In this document: positions 28,448 to 37,920 of the stretch, piece after piece
How positions within the stretch are numbered: position 1 is the first letter of the stretch
How the letters are laid out: each line of letters starts with the position of its first letter
IMG/VR virus record: IMGVR_UViG_3300037963_003542
Length of the DNA: 64,000 bases
Reading direction: 5' to 3' (one strand)
Source of the DNA: a virus
Translations under genes and position numbers: made by a program
Notes under the pieces: model-generated
What the model was told of the DNA's origin: nothing
The model's database searches: none
What the model saw: the letters and a program-made list of their open reading frames with translations, nothing else

Positions 28448-28924
28448 ATGAGATCCAAAAAGAAACCAGAACATTATGTAGACAATAAAGAGTTCTTAGC
28501 AGCACTGTCCGAGTACAAAAGAAATGTGCAGGATGCCTTGGCAGAGGAAGCACCACGTCCTATGATTCCTAATTATATCGGTGAGTGCTTCTTGAAGATT
28601 GCTCAGCATCTGTCCTACCGTCCTAACTTCATCAACTATCCTTTCCGTGAGGACATGATCAGTGATGGTATTGAGAACTGTGTTCAGTACATTGACAACT
28701 TTGATCCTGATCGTGGTAACCCATTTGCATACTTTACTCAAATTATTTACTATGCATTCTTGAGAAGAATCCAAAAAGAAAAGAAACAACTAGAAATTAA
28801 GAGCAAAATTCTTGAACGTTCTGGATACGATGAAGTCCTTTACGCTGATAAGAACGAACTGAACTTCTCCTCCTCCGACTATAACGGAATCAAACAGAAC
28901 ATTGAGCAGAAAACTAGAAAATGA
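28448..28924 (+). CDS. gp55: Late transcription sigma factor gp55
   Basis: HYVDNKEF...YIGECFLKIAQHLSYRPNFINY...EDMISDGIENC...NPFAYFTQIIYYAFLRRIQKEKKQ. Confidence 0.96.
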   Translation: MRSKKKPEHYVDNKEFLAALSEYKRNVQDALAEEAPRPMIPNYIGECFLKIAQHLSYRPNFINYPFREDMISDGIENCVQYIDNFDPDRGNPFAYFTQIIYYAFLRRIQKEKKQLEIKSKILERSGYDEVLYADKNELNFSSSDYNGIKQNIEQKTRK

Positions 28925-29967
28925 AAATTGCCCTGATTACTGACACACATTATGGATTCAAAAAAGGCAATCAAGATTATCATGATTATTTCCTGAAGTT
29001 CTATAACGAAGTATTCTTTCCTACATTAAAGAAGAAAAAAATTAAGCACGTCATCCATCTGGGTGATGTGTTTGATATTCGTCGTAACATTGATTTTTGG
29101 AGCCTTGATTGGGCACGGAAGAACATCTTCAATCCTTTGCAGGACATGGGTGTTACAGTTGACATGATGGTCGGTAATCATGATTCATTTTATAAGAACA
29201 CTCTGGAGATCAATTCTCTGGAGTGTTTGCTGCAGGAGTATGATAACCTCCGTGTCTACACTGGACCTTCAGAGGTTACTGTCGGTGGTCGTAAGATGGT
29301 TTATCTTCCTTGGATCTGCGATCAGAATGAAGAACAGACAGTAAACCTTCTGAAGAAAACAGATGCTGAGGTTGTTCTTGGGCACCTGGAGATGGAAGGA
29401 TTCAAGACTAATCCTACCTATGTTGCTAATCATGGTAGGCAGACATCTGAGTTTTCTAAGTTTGAGTTGGTGATGTCAGGTCACTATCACACCAAGAGTA
29501 AGAAGGGTAACTTCCAATATCTTGGTAATCCATATCAGATGTACTGGAATGACTATGCTGACAAACGTGGATTCCATATCTGGGACACAGAGACTCTGAA
29601 GTTAGACTGGATCAAGAATCCATACGAGATGTTCCAGAAGATCTTCTATGATGATACTAAGAATGAGTATTGCACTCTAGACTTTGATGACTACAAAGAT
29701 ACAGTTGTCAAACTAGTTGTGGAAAACAAAACAGACTACACTATGTTTGATTACATTGTCAATGGTCTGCAAGATGTTGTGCTAGATCTTAAAATTATTG
29801 AAGACTTCTCTACTGAAGTTGATGACGATGATGACATAGAACTAGAACATGAAGACACATTGACCATCCTAGAGAAGTATGTTGACGAACTTAATACCAA
29901 CCTAGATAGTCATAAGTTAAAGGAGATCATGAAGTCTCTTTACGTTGAGGCACTGGAGGTGGTATAA
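28921..29967 (+). CDS. gp47: Recombination endonuclease subunit gp47 (Mre11-like)
   Basis: ITDTHYG, HLGDVFD, VGNHD, GHLE and SGHYH metallophosphoesterase motifs. Confidence 0.95.
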   Translation: MKIALITDTHYGFKKGNQDYHDYFLKFYNEVFFPTLKKKKIKHVIHLGDVFDIRRNIDFWSLDWARKNIFNPLQDMGVTVDMMVGNHDSFYKNTLEINSLECLLQEYDNLRVYTGPSEVTVGGRKMVYLPWICDQNEEQTVNLLKKTDAEVVLGHLEMEGFKTNPTYVANHGRQTSEFSKFELVMSGHYHTKSKKGNFQYLGNPYQMYWNDYADKRGFHIWDTETLKLDWIKNPYEMFQKIFYDDTKNEYCTLDFDDYKDTVVKLVVENKTDYTMFDYIVNGLQDVVLDLKIIEDFSTEVDDDDDIELEHEDTLTILEKYVDELNTNLDSHKLKEIMKSLYVEALEVV

Positions 29968-30233
29968 TGTTCATACTGTGCCTAGAGGGCAAGGAAAATG
30001 AAGGAGCGTATGCTATTCAAAATGGTAAAATGGAAAGAACTCTGCTACTATTTCTTGAGTTAGAGGATGCTGAACGATTTGCTGGACTCCTTGAGGCAGA
30101 TGATTTTCCGCCAATGTCTACAGTTGAGGTTGATGCAGAAGCAATGATTGATATGTGCGAGAGCACAGGGTATAATTACACTATTGTAGAACCCGATGAA
30201 CTAATGATCCCACCATCACATGATTACACATGA
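29967..30233 (+). CDS. Conserved hypothetical protein between gp47 and gp46
   Basis: 88-aa acidic ORF coupled to both neighbours. Confidence 0.75.
   Translation: MFILCLEGKENEGAYAIQNGKMERTLLLFLELEDAERFAGLLEADDFPPMSTVEVDAEAMIDMCESTGYNYTIVEPDELMIPPSHDYT
30148..30176 (+). promoter_or_regulatory. Internal sigma70-type promoter upstream of gp46
   Basis: TTGATA-17 bp-TATAAT inside the 29967 ORF. Confidence 0.55.
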
Positions 30234-31957
30234 TTATCTTTGAAACCATTCGTTATAAAAACTTTTTATCTAGCGGCAATAACTTCACAGAAATTAAACT
30301 TAATTCACACGGTAACAATGTAATCATTGGTAAGAATGGTGCAGGTAAGAGTACAATTTTAGATGCTCTTACCTTTGTTTTGTTCAACAAACCTTTCCGT
30401 AAGATTAATAAACCTCAACTTGTCAACACTATCAATGGCAAAGATTGCTGTGTTGAAGTTGAGTTTTCTATTGGGAAAAAATCTTACAAGATTATCCGCA
30501 GCATGAAACCCAATAAGTTTGAGGTTTATGTTGATGGTGAGATGATGAATCAGGATGCTGCTGCAGCAGATCAGCAAAAGACCCTAGAGCAAACAATCCT
30601 CAAACTGAACTATAAGTCATTCACACAGATTGTTGTTCTGGGATCTTCTACGTTTGTTCCGTTCATGCAGTTGCCTCTGGCATCACGTCGTGACATCATT
30701 GAAGATCTCCTGGATATTCAGGTGTTCTCTACGATGAACTCTAATCTTAAAGACCGAATGAAGCAGGTCAATGATGACATTCGTTTCAAAGACAAAGATC
30801 TTGAGTTGGTAAAGCATCGCATTGAGTCGCAGGAAGATCTGATTAGAGAACTCGAAACACAGAGTGACAATCTTATTAAGCATAAGCATGATAAGATCAG
30901 CAAGTTGTTATCTCAAAGTGAGGATATTGCGACAGAGAATCACAAAATCACAAAGTATATTGAAACTAGAAAGAGTGATTTATTTGACGGTGATAAACTC
31001 TCTAAAAAGTATGATAGTTTAAAAGAGTTTAAGATAAAGTTTAAGACAAAACTTTCTAACTTAAATAAGGAACTCTTATTTTATACTAACAATGATACTT
31101 GTCCTACATGTAAGCAAACACTAGACTCTGACTTTAAGCAAAGTAAGGTAGATAAAAATAAGAAATCTATCTCTGAAACAGAAAAGGCATGGGGTGTTCT
31201 TGACGAACAAATTAGTGATGTAAAGACGCAGATCAATGAGTATAAAGAAATCTCTAATGATATCAGAGATAATTATTCTGCCATTGATAAGAATAATGGA
31301 ATCATTAATCACATCAATCGTCAGGTTAAAGATCTTGAGAATGAGATCAGGTCTATTACTGATAGTAAGAACAACTCCAGTAAAGAGCAAGAACAGTTAG
31401 AGAGTTTGCAGGAACAGAAGGTAGCACATGAGCAGACTCTATTCCTACACAAGGAAACTAAGGATTACTTTAGTGTTGCTGCTAACCTGCTGAAGGACAC
31501 TGGTATTAAGACCAGGATCATCAAACGATACCTGCCAGTGATGAACAAACTCATCAACCAGTACCTACAGCAGATGGATTTCTTTGTGAACTTCACGCTC
31601 AGCGAGAGTTTTGAGGAAACCATTAAGTCTCGTTATAGGGATGATTTCAGTTACTCATCGTTCTCTGAGGGTGAGAAGTCTCGCATTGACATAGCTCTTA
31701 TGCTAACCTGGAGATCAGTTGCAAAACTGAAGAACAGCGTTGACACTAACCTTCTTATCCTTGACGAGATCTTTGACAGTTCACTTGACAGTACGGGCAC
31801 TGATGAGTTATCATATATCTTGAGAAACTTTACCAACGACCTCAATCTGTTTATTATCTCGCACCGAGAGCACATGGTTGAAAAGTTTGACCGTGTTCTC
31901 AAATTTGATAAAGTGAAAAATTTTAGTAAAATGGAGGAATTGACCAATGGCGACTGA
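30230..31957 (+). CDS. gp46: Recombination ATPase gp46 (Rad50-like)
   Basis: GKNGAGKS Walker A, CPTC zinc hook, FSEGEK signature, LILDEIFD Walker B. Confidence 0.96.
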   Translation: MIIFETIRYKNFLSSGNNFTEIKLNSHGNNVIIGKNGAGKSTILDALTFVLFNKPFRKINKPQLVNTINGKDCCVEVEFSIGKKSYKIIRSMKPNKFEVYVDGEMMNQDAAAADQQKTLEQTILKLNYKSFTQIVVLGSSTFVPFMQLPLASRRDIIEDLLDIQVFSTMNSNLKDRMKQVNDDIRFKDKDLELVKHRIESQEDLIRELETQSDNLIKHKHDKISKLLSQSEDIATENHKITKYIETRKSDLFDGDKLSKKYDSLKEFKIKFKTKLSNLNKELLFYTNNDTCPTCKQTLDSDFKQSKVDKNKKSISETEKAWGVLDEQISDVKTQINEYKEISNDIRDNYSAIDKNNGIINHINRQVKDLENEIRSITDSKNNSSKEQEQLESLQEQKVAHEQTLFLHKETKDYFSVAANLLKDTGIKTRIIKRYLPVMNKLINQYLQQMDFFVNFTLSESFEETIKSRYRDDFSYSSFSEGEKSRIDIALMLTWRSVAKLKNSVDTNLLILDEIFDSSLDSTGTDELSYILRNFTNDLNLFIISHREHMVEKFDRVLKFDKVKNFSKMEELTNGD

Positions 31958-32309
31958 GGGTAACGCAGACTTTGATCTAGACCTTTCAAGCATCCCGCAA
32001 ATTAATTTGGATGCATCTCACTTCTGGAAGTATGAAGAAGACATCGTACTGAAAGAAGTTCGTGAGTATCTGTCGGGAACATATCGTTCTCACTATACTT
32101 CTCAAGAGTCTAAGACCCAGACTCTTGATCTGATTGAAAGTATCGGTGATGCAGAAGCATTCTGCCGTTCTAATGCAATTAAATACCTTTCCCGATTCGG
32201 TAAGAAAGGTGGTAAGTCCAAGATGGACATTCTAAAAGCAATTCATTATTGCATTCTTCTTTGCCACTTCTCTGGCGTCCTCAACAGCACAAGTGATTAT
32301 CCACAATGA
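31947..32309 (+). CDS. Conserved hypothetical protein (DUF3310-like)
   Basis: HY...TLDLIESIG...FCRSNAIKYLSRFGKKGG...DILKAIHY. Confidence 0.7.
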   Translation: MATEGNADFDLDLSSIPQINLDASHFWKYEEDIVLKEVREYLSGTYRSHYTSQESKTQTLDLIESIGDAEAFCRSNAIKYLSRFGKKGGKSKMDILKAIHYCILLCHFSGVLNSTSDYPQ

Positions 32310-32971
32310 GTATGAAACTGTCCAACGATACAATTGAAATTCTGAAGAACTTCTCTCAGATTAATCAGTCCATTGCTGTAGAGGCAGGACATAAATTGCG
32401 TACCTTCTCTATTGCAGAGAACATTCTCGCTGAGGCAAATGTTACGGAAGCATTTCCACAAGACTTTGCCATCTATGATTTGAGTGAGTTTCTTGGTAAT
32501 ATGTCTTTGATGGCGGGTGCTGACATGCAGTTCGGTGCTGACCATCATGTGAAGATTACTGACACACGTTCTTCCATGAAGTATTTCTTTGCAGACCCTA
32601 GTCTGATTAAGAAAGCACCAGATGACAATCCCACACTTCCTTCTGAAGATGTTAGTTTTACTCTGACTGAAGAAGACCGTGCTCGTTTGATTCGTATGGC
32701 AGCAGTCAACAATCTCCCTGATCTTTCTGTTATTGGTGATGGTGAGATGATCTCTGTGGTTGTTCGTGATAAGGAGAACGACACTTCAAATACTTACTCT
32801 GTAAATGTCGGTGTTACCGATGATGAGTTTGTACTCAACATGAAGGTTGAGAACCTAAAGATCTTCAAAGGAGATTATAAGGTCACTATGTCCAAGCGCC
32901 TGATTAGTTGCTTCCAGCATGAGAAGATGCCTCTGACCTACTGGATTGCACTTGAACCCGATTCTAACTGA
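32306..32971 (+). CDS. gp45: Sliding clamp gp45
   Basis: MKLSNDTIEILKNFSQINQSI...FAIYDLSEFL...YFFADPS...YWIALE. Confidence 0.95.
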   Translation: MSMKLSNDTIEILKNFSQINQSIAVEAGHKLRTFSIAENILAEANVTEAFPQDFAIYDLSEFLGNMSLMAGADMQFGADHHVKITDTRSSMKYFFADPSLIKKAPDDNPTLPSEDVSFTLTEEDRARLIRMAAVNNLPDLSVIGDGEMISVVVRDKENDTSNTYSVNVGVTDDEFVLNMKVENLKIFKGDYKVTMSKRLISCFQHEKMPLTYWIALEPDSN

Positions 32972-32985
32972 AACTTTTTTACATT

Positions 32986-33927
32986 ATGAATGACCAGTAT
33001 CTGTGGGTGGAGAAATACCGCCCTCGTAAGATTGACGATTGTATTCTGCCTGACAGTATCAAACGTGATCTTAAGCAACAGGTTGCTGCTGGTGAGTTGA
33101 ATAACCTTCTGCTTGCTGGTCCTCCTGGTGTTGGTAAGACTACTGCCGCTAAGGCATTGTGTGAAGAACTAGGATTATCTTATATCATTATTAATGGATC
33201 CGATGAAGGACGATTTCTGGACACGGTACGCAACACAGCAAAAAACTTTGCGACGACCGTATCTCTTCAAGGCAGCAAGCACAAAGTCATCATCATTGAT
33301 GAGGCAGATAACACAGGCAACGACGTACAACTCCTCCTACGGAGTTCTATTGAGGCATATCATAGCAACTGCCGATTCATCTTCACCTGTAATTACAAAA
33401 ACAAAATCATTGACCCCATCCAATCACGATGCTCAGTCATTGATTTCGCATTCAAAGGAAAAGAAAAGGCAGCTATTGCGGGGCAATTTTTCAACCGTGT
33501 CAGGTCTATACTTGAGAGTGAAAATGTTGCGTATGATCCTAAGGTTGTTGCAGAACTGATTCAGAATCACTTCCCTGACTGGCGTCGTGTGCTGAATCAA
33601 CTTCAGAAGTATGGTAATACTGGTAACATTGATACTGGTATTCTCACAGAGATTAGTGATATCAATCTTAAAGGTCTTACTGATGCTCTGAAGAAGAAAG
33701 AGTTTGGTACTGTTCGTAAGTGGGTAGTATCAAATCTGGATAATGATTTCAACATGGTTATCCATCGCATCTACGAAGCAATGTATGATGTTCTTGTTCC
33801 CTCTACTATCCCTATGGCAGTCCTGGTGATTGCTAAATACCAATATCAGGCGGCATTTGCTGCTGACCAGGAGATCAACCTTCTGGCATGTCTAACCGAA
33901 ATTATGATGGAGTGTCAATTCAAATGA
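32986..33927 (+). CDS. gp44: Clamp loader large subunit gp44
   Basis: LWVEKYRP, GPPGVGKTT, IIIDEADN, PIQSRC, HFPDWRR. Confidence 0.96.
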   Translation: MNDQYLWVEKYRPRKIDDCILPDSIKRDLKQQVAAGELNNLLLAGPPGVGKTTAAKALCEELGLSYIIINGSDEGRFLDTVRNTAKNFATTVSLQGSKHKVIIIDEADNTGNDVQLLLRSSIEAYHSNCRFIFTCNYKNKIIDPIQSRCSVIDFAFKGKEKAAIAGQFFNRVRSILESENVAYDPKVVAELIQNHFPDWRRVLNQLQKYGNTGNIDTGILTEISDINLKGLTDALKKKEFGTVRKWVVSNLDNDFNMVIHRIYEAMYDVLVPSTIPMAVLVIAKYQYQAAFAADQEINLLACLTEIMMECQFK

Positions 33928-34214
33928 ATGTAAAACTGATTCGTATGTCCTCTGGTGAGGATCTGATTACTGAAGTGGTAGGTAGCACTGACAGTACTAT
34001 TACTGTAAAAAATGCTATCGTTGGTGTTCCATCGTCACAAGGAACTCTGACTTTTGTTGCGTGGTCTCCAATGCTCAGTAAGGATGTCAAAGAGATTGAA
34101 GTGCAATCTAAGTTTGTTGTTTATGTAACTGATCCTGATGAGCAGATCATTGATCAATACAAGCAAATGTATTCGCCTATTGCTACCCCCGAGAAGAAAA
34201 AACTTATTCTTTGA
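33924..34214 (+). CDS. Sm-like domain protein
   Basis: Start MNVKLIRMSSGEDLITEV at 33924 overlapping the gp44 stop; ...KNAIV...FVAWSP motif. Confidence 0.6.
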   Translation: MNVKLIRMSSGEDLITEVVGSTDSTITVKNAIVGVPSSQGTLTFVAWSPMLSKDVKEIEVQSKFVVYVTDPDEQIIDQYKQMYSPIATPEKKKLIL

Positions 34215-34387
34215 TGCCAGTAAAGACTAATCCTCAGAACGTAAAGGAAGCACACGAAGCACTCTTCTATGCTTCCATGAATCTACCTACTGCAGCTGCT
34301 CATTGTGGTATGACAGTTAAACAATTGAAGTTAACCTTTTGGGAATACCTTAAATATCATGAACCAACCTTTGAACCAGAATGTTAG
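34214..34387 (+). CDS. Small hypothetical protein (not in ORF track)
   Basis: 57-aa ORF MPVKTNPQNVKEAHEALFYASMNLPTAAAHCGMT...FWEYLKY, ATG overlapping the upstream TGA. Confidence 0.65.
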   Translation: MPVKTNPQNVKEAHEALFYASMNLPTAAAHCGMTVKQLKLTFWEYLKYHEPTFEPEC

Positions 34388-34961
34388 ATCTTTCAATAAC
34401 TATGATTATTATCATGGTAAACTTCCAGTAGATGATTTAAAAAAAATCAAGGAACTATGTCAAGTATCAAATTCAGGTGAAAGAGCTAACTCTCATTTAG
34501 CTGGATTTATTGAAAATGAATATGTGCTGAAAAAGGAATGCAGAGATTTAGTTCTGCCGCATATTTACAAAGGTGCTTGTTCTATGCTTGATAACCCATC
34601 AATGAGATGGAGGAATCTAAGTTCTTGGATAAATTATCAAAAAAAGTACGAAGTAAATCCTCTTCATAACCACACAGGAATGTTGAGTTATGTCATGTGG
34701 ATTAATATTCCATATGATCTTGATGATGAATTGAATCTCGATCACATTAAAAATTCTACCTTAAGGCAAGATGCAACTGCCTTTACGTTTGTGTATATGG
34801 ATGTTCATGGTACACTTCGTCAACAACCCTTCCAATTAACTAAAGAAGATGAAGGTGATTTTATTATTTTTCCTGCACAAGTACATCACATGGTGATGCC
34901 ATTCTATACTTCTGATGGTTATAGAATATCTATTGCTGGAAATATTGCACCCCGAAATTGA
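34359..34961 (+). CDS. 2OG-Fe(II) oxygenase family protein
   Basis: WINYQ...NPLHNHTGMLSYVMWI...FPAQVHHMV...RISIAGN. Confidence 0.8.
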   Translation: MNQPLNQNVRSFNNYDYYHGKLPVDDLKKIKELCQVSNSGERANSHLAGFIENEYVLKKECRDLVLPHIYKGACSMLDNPSMRWRNLSSWINYQKKYEVNPLHNHTGMLSYVMWINIPYDLDDELNLDHIKNSTLRQDATAFTFVYMDVHGTLRQQPFQLTKEDEGDFIIFPAQVHHMVMPFYTSDGYRISIAGNIAPRN

Positions 34962-35782
34962 TTATGAAAGCATTGAAAACCCCCCTTCGTTATCCTGGTG
35001 GCAAGTCTCGCGCCACCAAGTATCTTCTCCCGAGATTTCCTGAGGAAATCAAAGAATATCGTGAGACATTTCTTGGTGGTGGTAGTGTTGCCATCGCATT
35101 TAGTAAAGCAAATCCAGATACTCCAGTTTGGGTTAATGATCTTTATGAACCTCTCTATAATTTCTGGAGAGTATTGCAAGATGATGGCGTTAAACTTCAT
35201 CGCCGCTTGCAGGAACTTAAGTCTAGGTATCCTGATCAAGCATCTGCTAAAGGTTTATTTCTAGAAGCAAAGGAACTTGTAAATGACTATTCCATATCCA
35301 ATCTATCTCGCGCTTGTGCTTTTTACATTATTAACAAGTGCTCTTTTTCTGGTCTCACTGAGTCCAGCTCCTTCTCCAGACAGGCGTCTGATAACAATTT
35401 CTCGATGTCTGGAATTGAGAAACTAAAAGGATATACTTACATCATTCGCAACTGGAAGATTACTAACTGGTCATATGAAGGACTTCTTACTGATGATAAG
35501 AGTACTTTCATCTATCATGATCCTCCATATGACATTAAAGATAACCTCTATGGCAAGAAGGGAGATCTTCATAAGCGGTTTGATCATGATCAGTTTGCTC
35601 TTGACTGCGACCGTTTCGTCGCTCGTCAAATGATCTCCTATAACTCCACTCAGATGGTCAAGGATCGCTTTAAAGATTGGTTGGCATGTACTTATGACCT
35701 CACTTATACTATGCGCTCCACAGGCGATTACATGAACGAACAGAAGGACCGTGCTGAATTACTGCTGACTAATTATGAATGA
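34958..35782 (+). CDS. dam: DNA adenine methyltransferase (Dam/D12 class)
   Basis: LRYPGGKSRA, F.GGGSV, VNDL and DPPY motifs. Confidence 0.9.
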   Translation: MIMKALKTPLRYPGGKSRATKYLLPRFPEEIKEYRETFLGGGSVAIAFSKANPDTPVWVNDLYEPLYNFWRVLQDDGVKLHRRLQELKSRYPDQASAKGLFLEAKELVNDYSISNLSRACAFYIINKCSFSGLTESSSFSRQASDNNFSMSGIEKLKGYTYIIRNWKITNWSYEGLLTDDKSTFIYHDPPYDIKDNLYGKKGDLHKRFDHDQFALDCDRFVARQMISYNSTQMVKDRFKDWLACTYDLTYTMRSTGDYMNEQKDRAELLLTNYE

Positions 35783-35972
35783 AGATAACATCCCATATGT
35801 TGAACTAGAACTTGACATTGAAGACTGTCGCCAGATTCTGACATCAGTAAAGTATCGTTTAGAGAACTGGCACTTTGAAGATGAAGATGAAAAGGCACAA
35901 CTGAATGCCTTGAATGATTTCTTCTACCGCGTTATCCTTGAGTACAACTTTAAAATTGATGGCAAAGACTGA
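35775..35972 (+). CDS. Small hypothetical protein, paralog of 16802..16987
   Basis: ELELDI...W...DFFYRVILE. Confidence 0.65.
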   Translation: MNEDNIPYVELELDIEDCRQILTSVKYRLENWHFEDEDEKAQLNALNDFFYRVILEYNFKIDGKD

Positions 35973-36342
35973 ACTGAAGCACTGGTTGAATTCTATCAAT
36001 CATGAGAAACAAAATATCATGAGTGATGAGAATAAAAATCAGTATCCTCCTTACATTATAAACCGCTGTCTCTCTGGTTTTATAGATACTATCATGGTGG
36101 CGAATGAAATGAATATCAATCACCATCTGTCTAAAAAACTACAATATGAATTTTTACTAAATATTGTCAGACCAAAACGGAGATTCTCTCCGTGGTTGAA
36201 GAAAGAAAAGATTGATGATCTGGACGCGGTGAAATCTTACTATGGATATAGTAACGAGAAAGCTAAGTCTGCTCTTAGTATTCTTTCTGATGCACAACTG
36301 AATTCTATTAAACAAAAATTGACTAAAGGCGGTAAACAATGA
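35959..36342 (+). CDS. gp62: Clamp loader small subunit gp62
   Basis: Start MAKTELKHWLNSIN; YPPYIINRCLS...QYEFLLNIVRPKRRFSPW...YYGYSNEKA. Confidence 0.92.
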   Translation: MAKTELKHWLNSINHEKQNIMSDENKNQYPPYIINRCLSGFIDTIMVANEMNINHHLSKKLQYEFLLNIVRPKRRFSPWLKKEKIDDLDAVKSYYGYSNEKAKSALSILSDAQLNSIKQKLTKGGKQ

Positions 36343-36782
36343 CTACAGCGACTGACATTGAAGTAACTTGGGATCCCCATAATATGGTGGAAGTTACTTT
36401 GAGCGAACCTGATGATTTCCTTAAAGTCCGTGAAACGCTGACTAGAATCGGTGTTGCGTCTCGTAAGGAAAAGAAACTGTATCAATCCTGCCACATTCTT
36501 CATAAGCAGGGACGATACTATATTGTCCATTTTAAAGAACTCTTTGCCCTTGATGGTAAACGTGCTAACCTGACGTTGAATGATGTTCAGCGTCGTAACC
36601 GCATTACTCAACTCCTGGTTGACTGGGAACTGATTTCTGTGGTTAAACCTGAGGCAATTGAAGATGTATCTCCTCTCAATCAAATCAAGGTTATTGCTTA
36701 CAAAGAAAAGTCTGAATGGACGCTAGAAGCAAAGTATAACATCGGTAAAAAGAAGGTGATTACTACTACAACTGAGGCATAA
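36339..36782 (+). CDS. regA: Translational repressor RegA
   Basis: DDFLKVRETLTRIGVASRKEKKLYQSCHILHKQGRYYIVHFKELFALDG. Confidence 0.97.
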   Translation: MTTATDIEVTWDPHNMVEVTLSEPDDFLKVRETLTRIGVASRKEKKLYQSCHILHKQGRYYIVHFKELFALDGKRANLTLNDVQRRNRITQLLVDWELISVVKPEAIEDVSPLNQIKVIAYKEKSEWTLEAKYNIGKKKVITTTTEA

Positions 36783-36832
36783 ATAGTTTCGTGCTTTTCG
36801 TGCGGCACACTCTACAATCGGAACACCCTATA

Positions 36833-36865
36833 AGGAGGTACGGTATTTACCCTACCTCCTTTTTT
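36833..36865 (+). terminator. Intrinsic terminator after regA
   Basis: AGGAGGTA-(12 nt)-TACCTCCT plus T-tract. Confidence 0.8.
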
Positions 36866-36940
36866 CGTTTTCTGATTAAATAGTACTGGATGCCTTCGGG
36901 GTCCACACAACGTCACTCGCTTATTTAAGGAGAACTACAG

Positions 36941-37381
36941 ATGGTCAAGTACAACATCGCGGACATTGATGCGCTATTGAATGATGCGTCAAGGTTTGGT
37001 ATTGGTATGGATGAATGGATTCGTAGGTTTGCCTCAGTTCATGAGTCAGATGCAAACTACCCACCTCATAATCTTGTTAAAGAAACTAGTATTGATTTCA
37101 GACTAGAACTAGCACTTGCTGGTTATAGCAAAGAAGATATTAAAGTTGAAACTGAATCTAATAAATTATTTGTACAGTGTACAAAACCTGGAGATTCAGA
37201 TGCTGATCATGAGTATCTACAGAGAGGAATCGCCCGTCGCGCATTTACTTGGAGTAGAACTATTGCTGATGATGTTGAAGTCCAAAGTGTTGATCTTACC
37301 AATGGTCTTCTTACAATTAGATTGAGGAGAATTATTCCCGATCATCAGAAAAAGAAAACATATGAGTTGACAGGCGACTAG
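36941..37381 (+). CDS. hsp20: Small heat-shock protein Hsp20
   Basis: NYPPHNL...LELALAG...YLQRGIARRAF...NGLLTI alpha-crystallin domain. Confidence 0.95.
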   Translation: MVKYNIADIDALLNDASRFGIGMDEWIRRFASVHESDANYPPHNLVKETSIDFRLELALAGYSKEDIKVETESNKLFVQCTKPGDSDADHEYLQRGIARRAFTWSRTIADDVEVQSVDLTNGLLTIRLRRIIPDHQKKKTYELTGD

Positions 37382-37417
37382 TGTGGTATAATATATACAA
37401 TGAACTTGTTTAAAAAA

Positions 37418-37708
37418 ATGTCCTATACTGTCACTCTTAAAACCAACGATGGTGATCAAACGATTACCTGTGATGGGGATACTTATATTCTAGACGCTGC
37501 TGAAGAGCAGGGCATCGACCTCCCCTACTCCTGCCGAGCTGGTGCCTGCTCCACCTGCGCGGGTAAAGTTGTGTCTGGAACTCTTAATCAGGAAGATCAA
37601 TCATTCTTGGATGATGATCAACTGGAATCGGGTTTTGCTCTATTGTGTGTGGCATATCCAGAGAGTGATTGTGTAATTGAAACTGAAAAAGAGGAGGAAC
37701 TCTACTGA
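37418..37708 (+). CDS. petF: Plant-type [2Fe-2S] ferredoxin
   Basis: [25 protein letters not shown]...QSFLDDDQ...LCVAYP. Likely start MSYTV at 37418. Confidence 0.97.
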   Translation: MSYTVTLKTNDGDQTITCDGDTYILDAAEEQGIDLPYSCRAGACSTCAGKVVSGTLNQEDQSFLDDDQLESGFALLCVAYPESDCVIETEKEEELY

Positions 37709-37917
37709 TGTCTGCGCTCAGAACTCAAATTATTAATGCCTTACGTTCTAATGCTGAAGGAAATATCCTGAAAGCAAAGATGAATGTTGAAGTTTATCTT
37801 TCAAACCCTGTGGGTATTGGTGAACATCCTGATGTTCTTGCTGCCATTCAAGATCAACTGGATATCATCGCACATGAAGAAGAACGTCTTGAAGTTATTG
37901 AGAGACACTTTTCATAA
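37708..37917 (+). CDS. Conserved hypothetical protein
   Basis: 69 aa, NVEVYLSNPVGIGEHPD motif. Confidence 0.75.
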   Translation: MSALRTQIINALRSNAEGNILKAKMNVEVYLSNPVGIGEHPDVLAAIQDQLDIIAHEEERLEVIERHFS

Positions 37918-37920
37918 ATA

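Noticed and set aside
37367-37394. sigma70 promoter for petF (TTGACA ... TATAAT)
   Set aside because: Spacing to TATAAT is only 14 bp, and the alternative TAATAT at 16 bp is weaker. Plausible, but not supported well enough to list as a feature.
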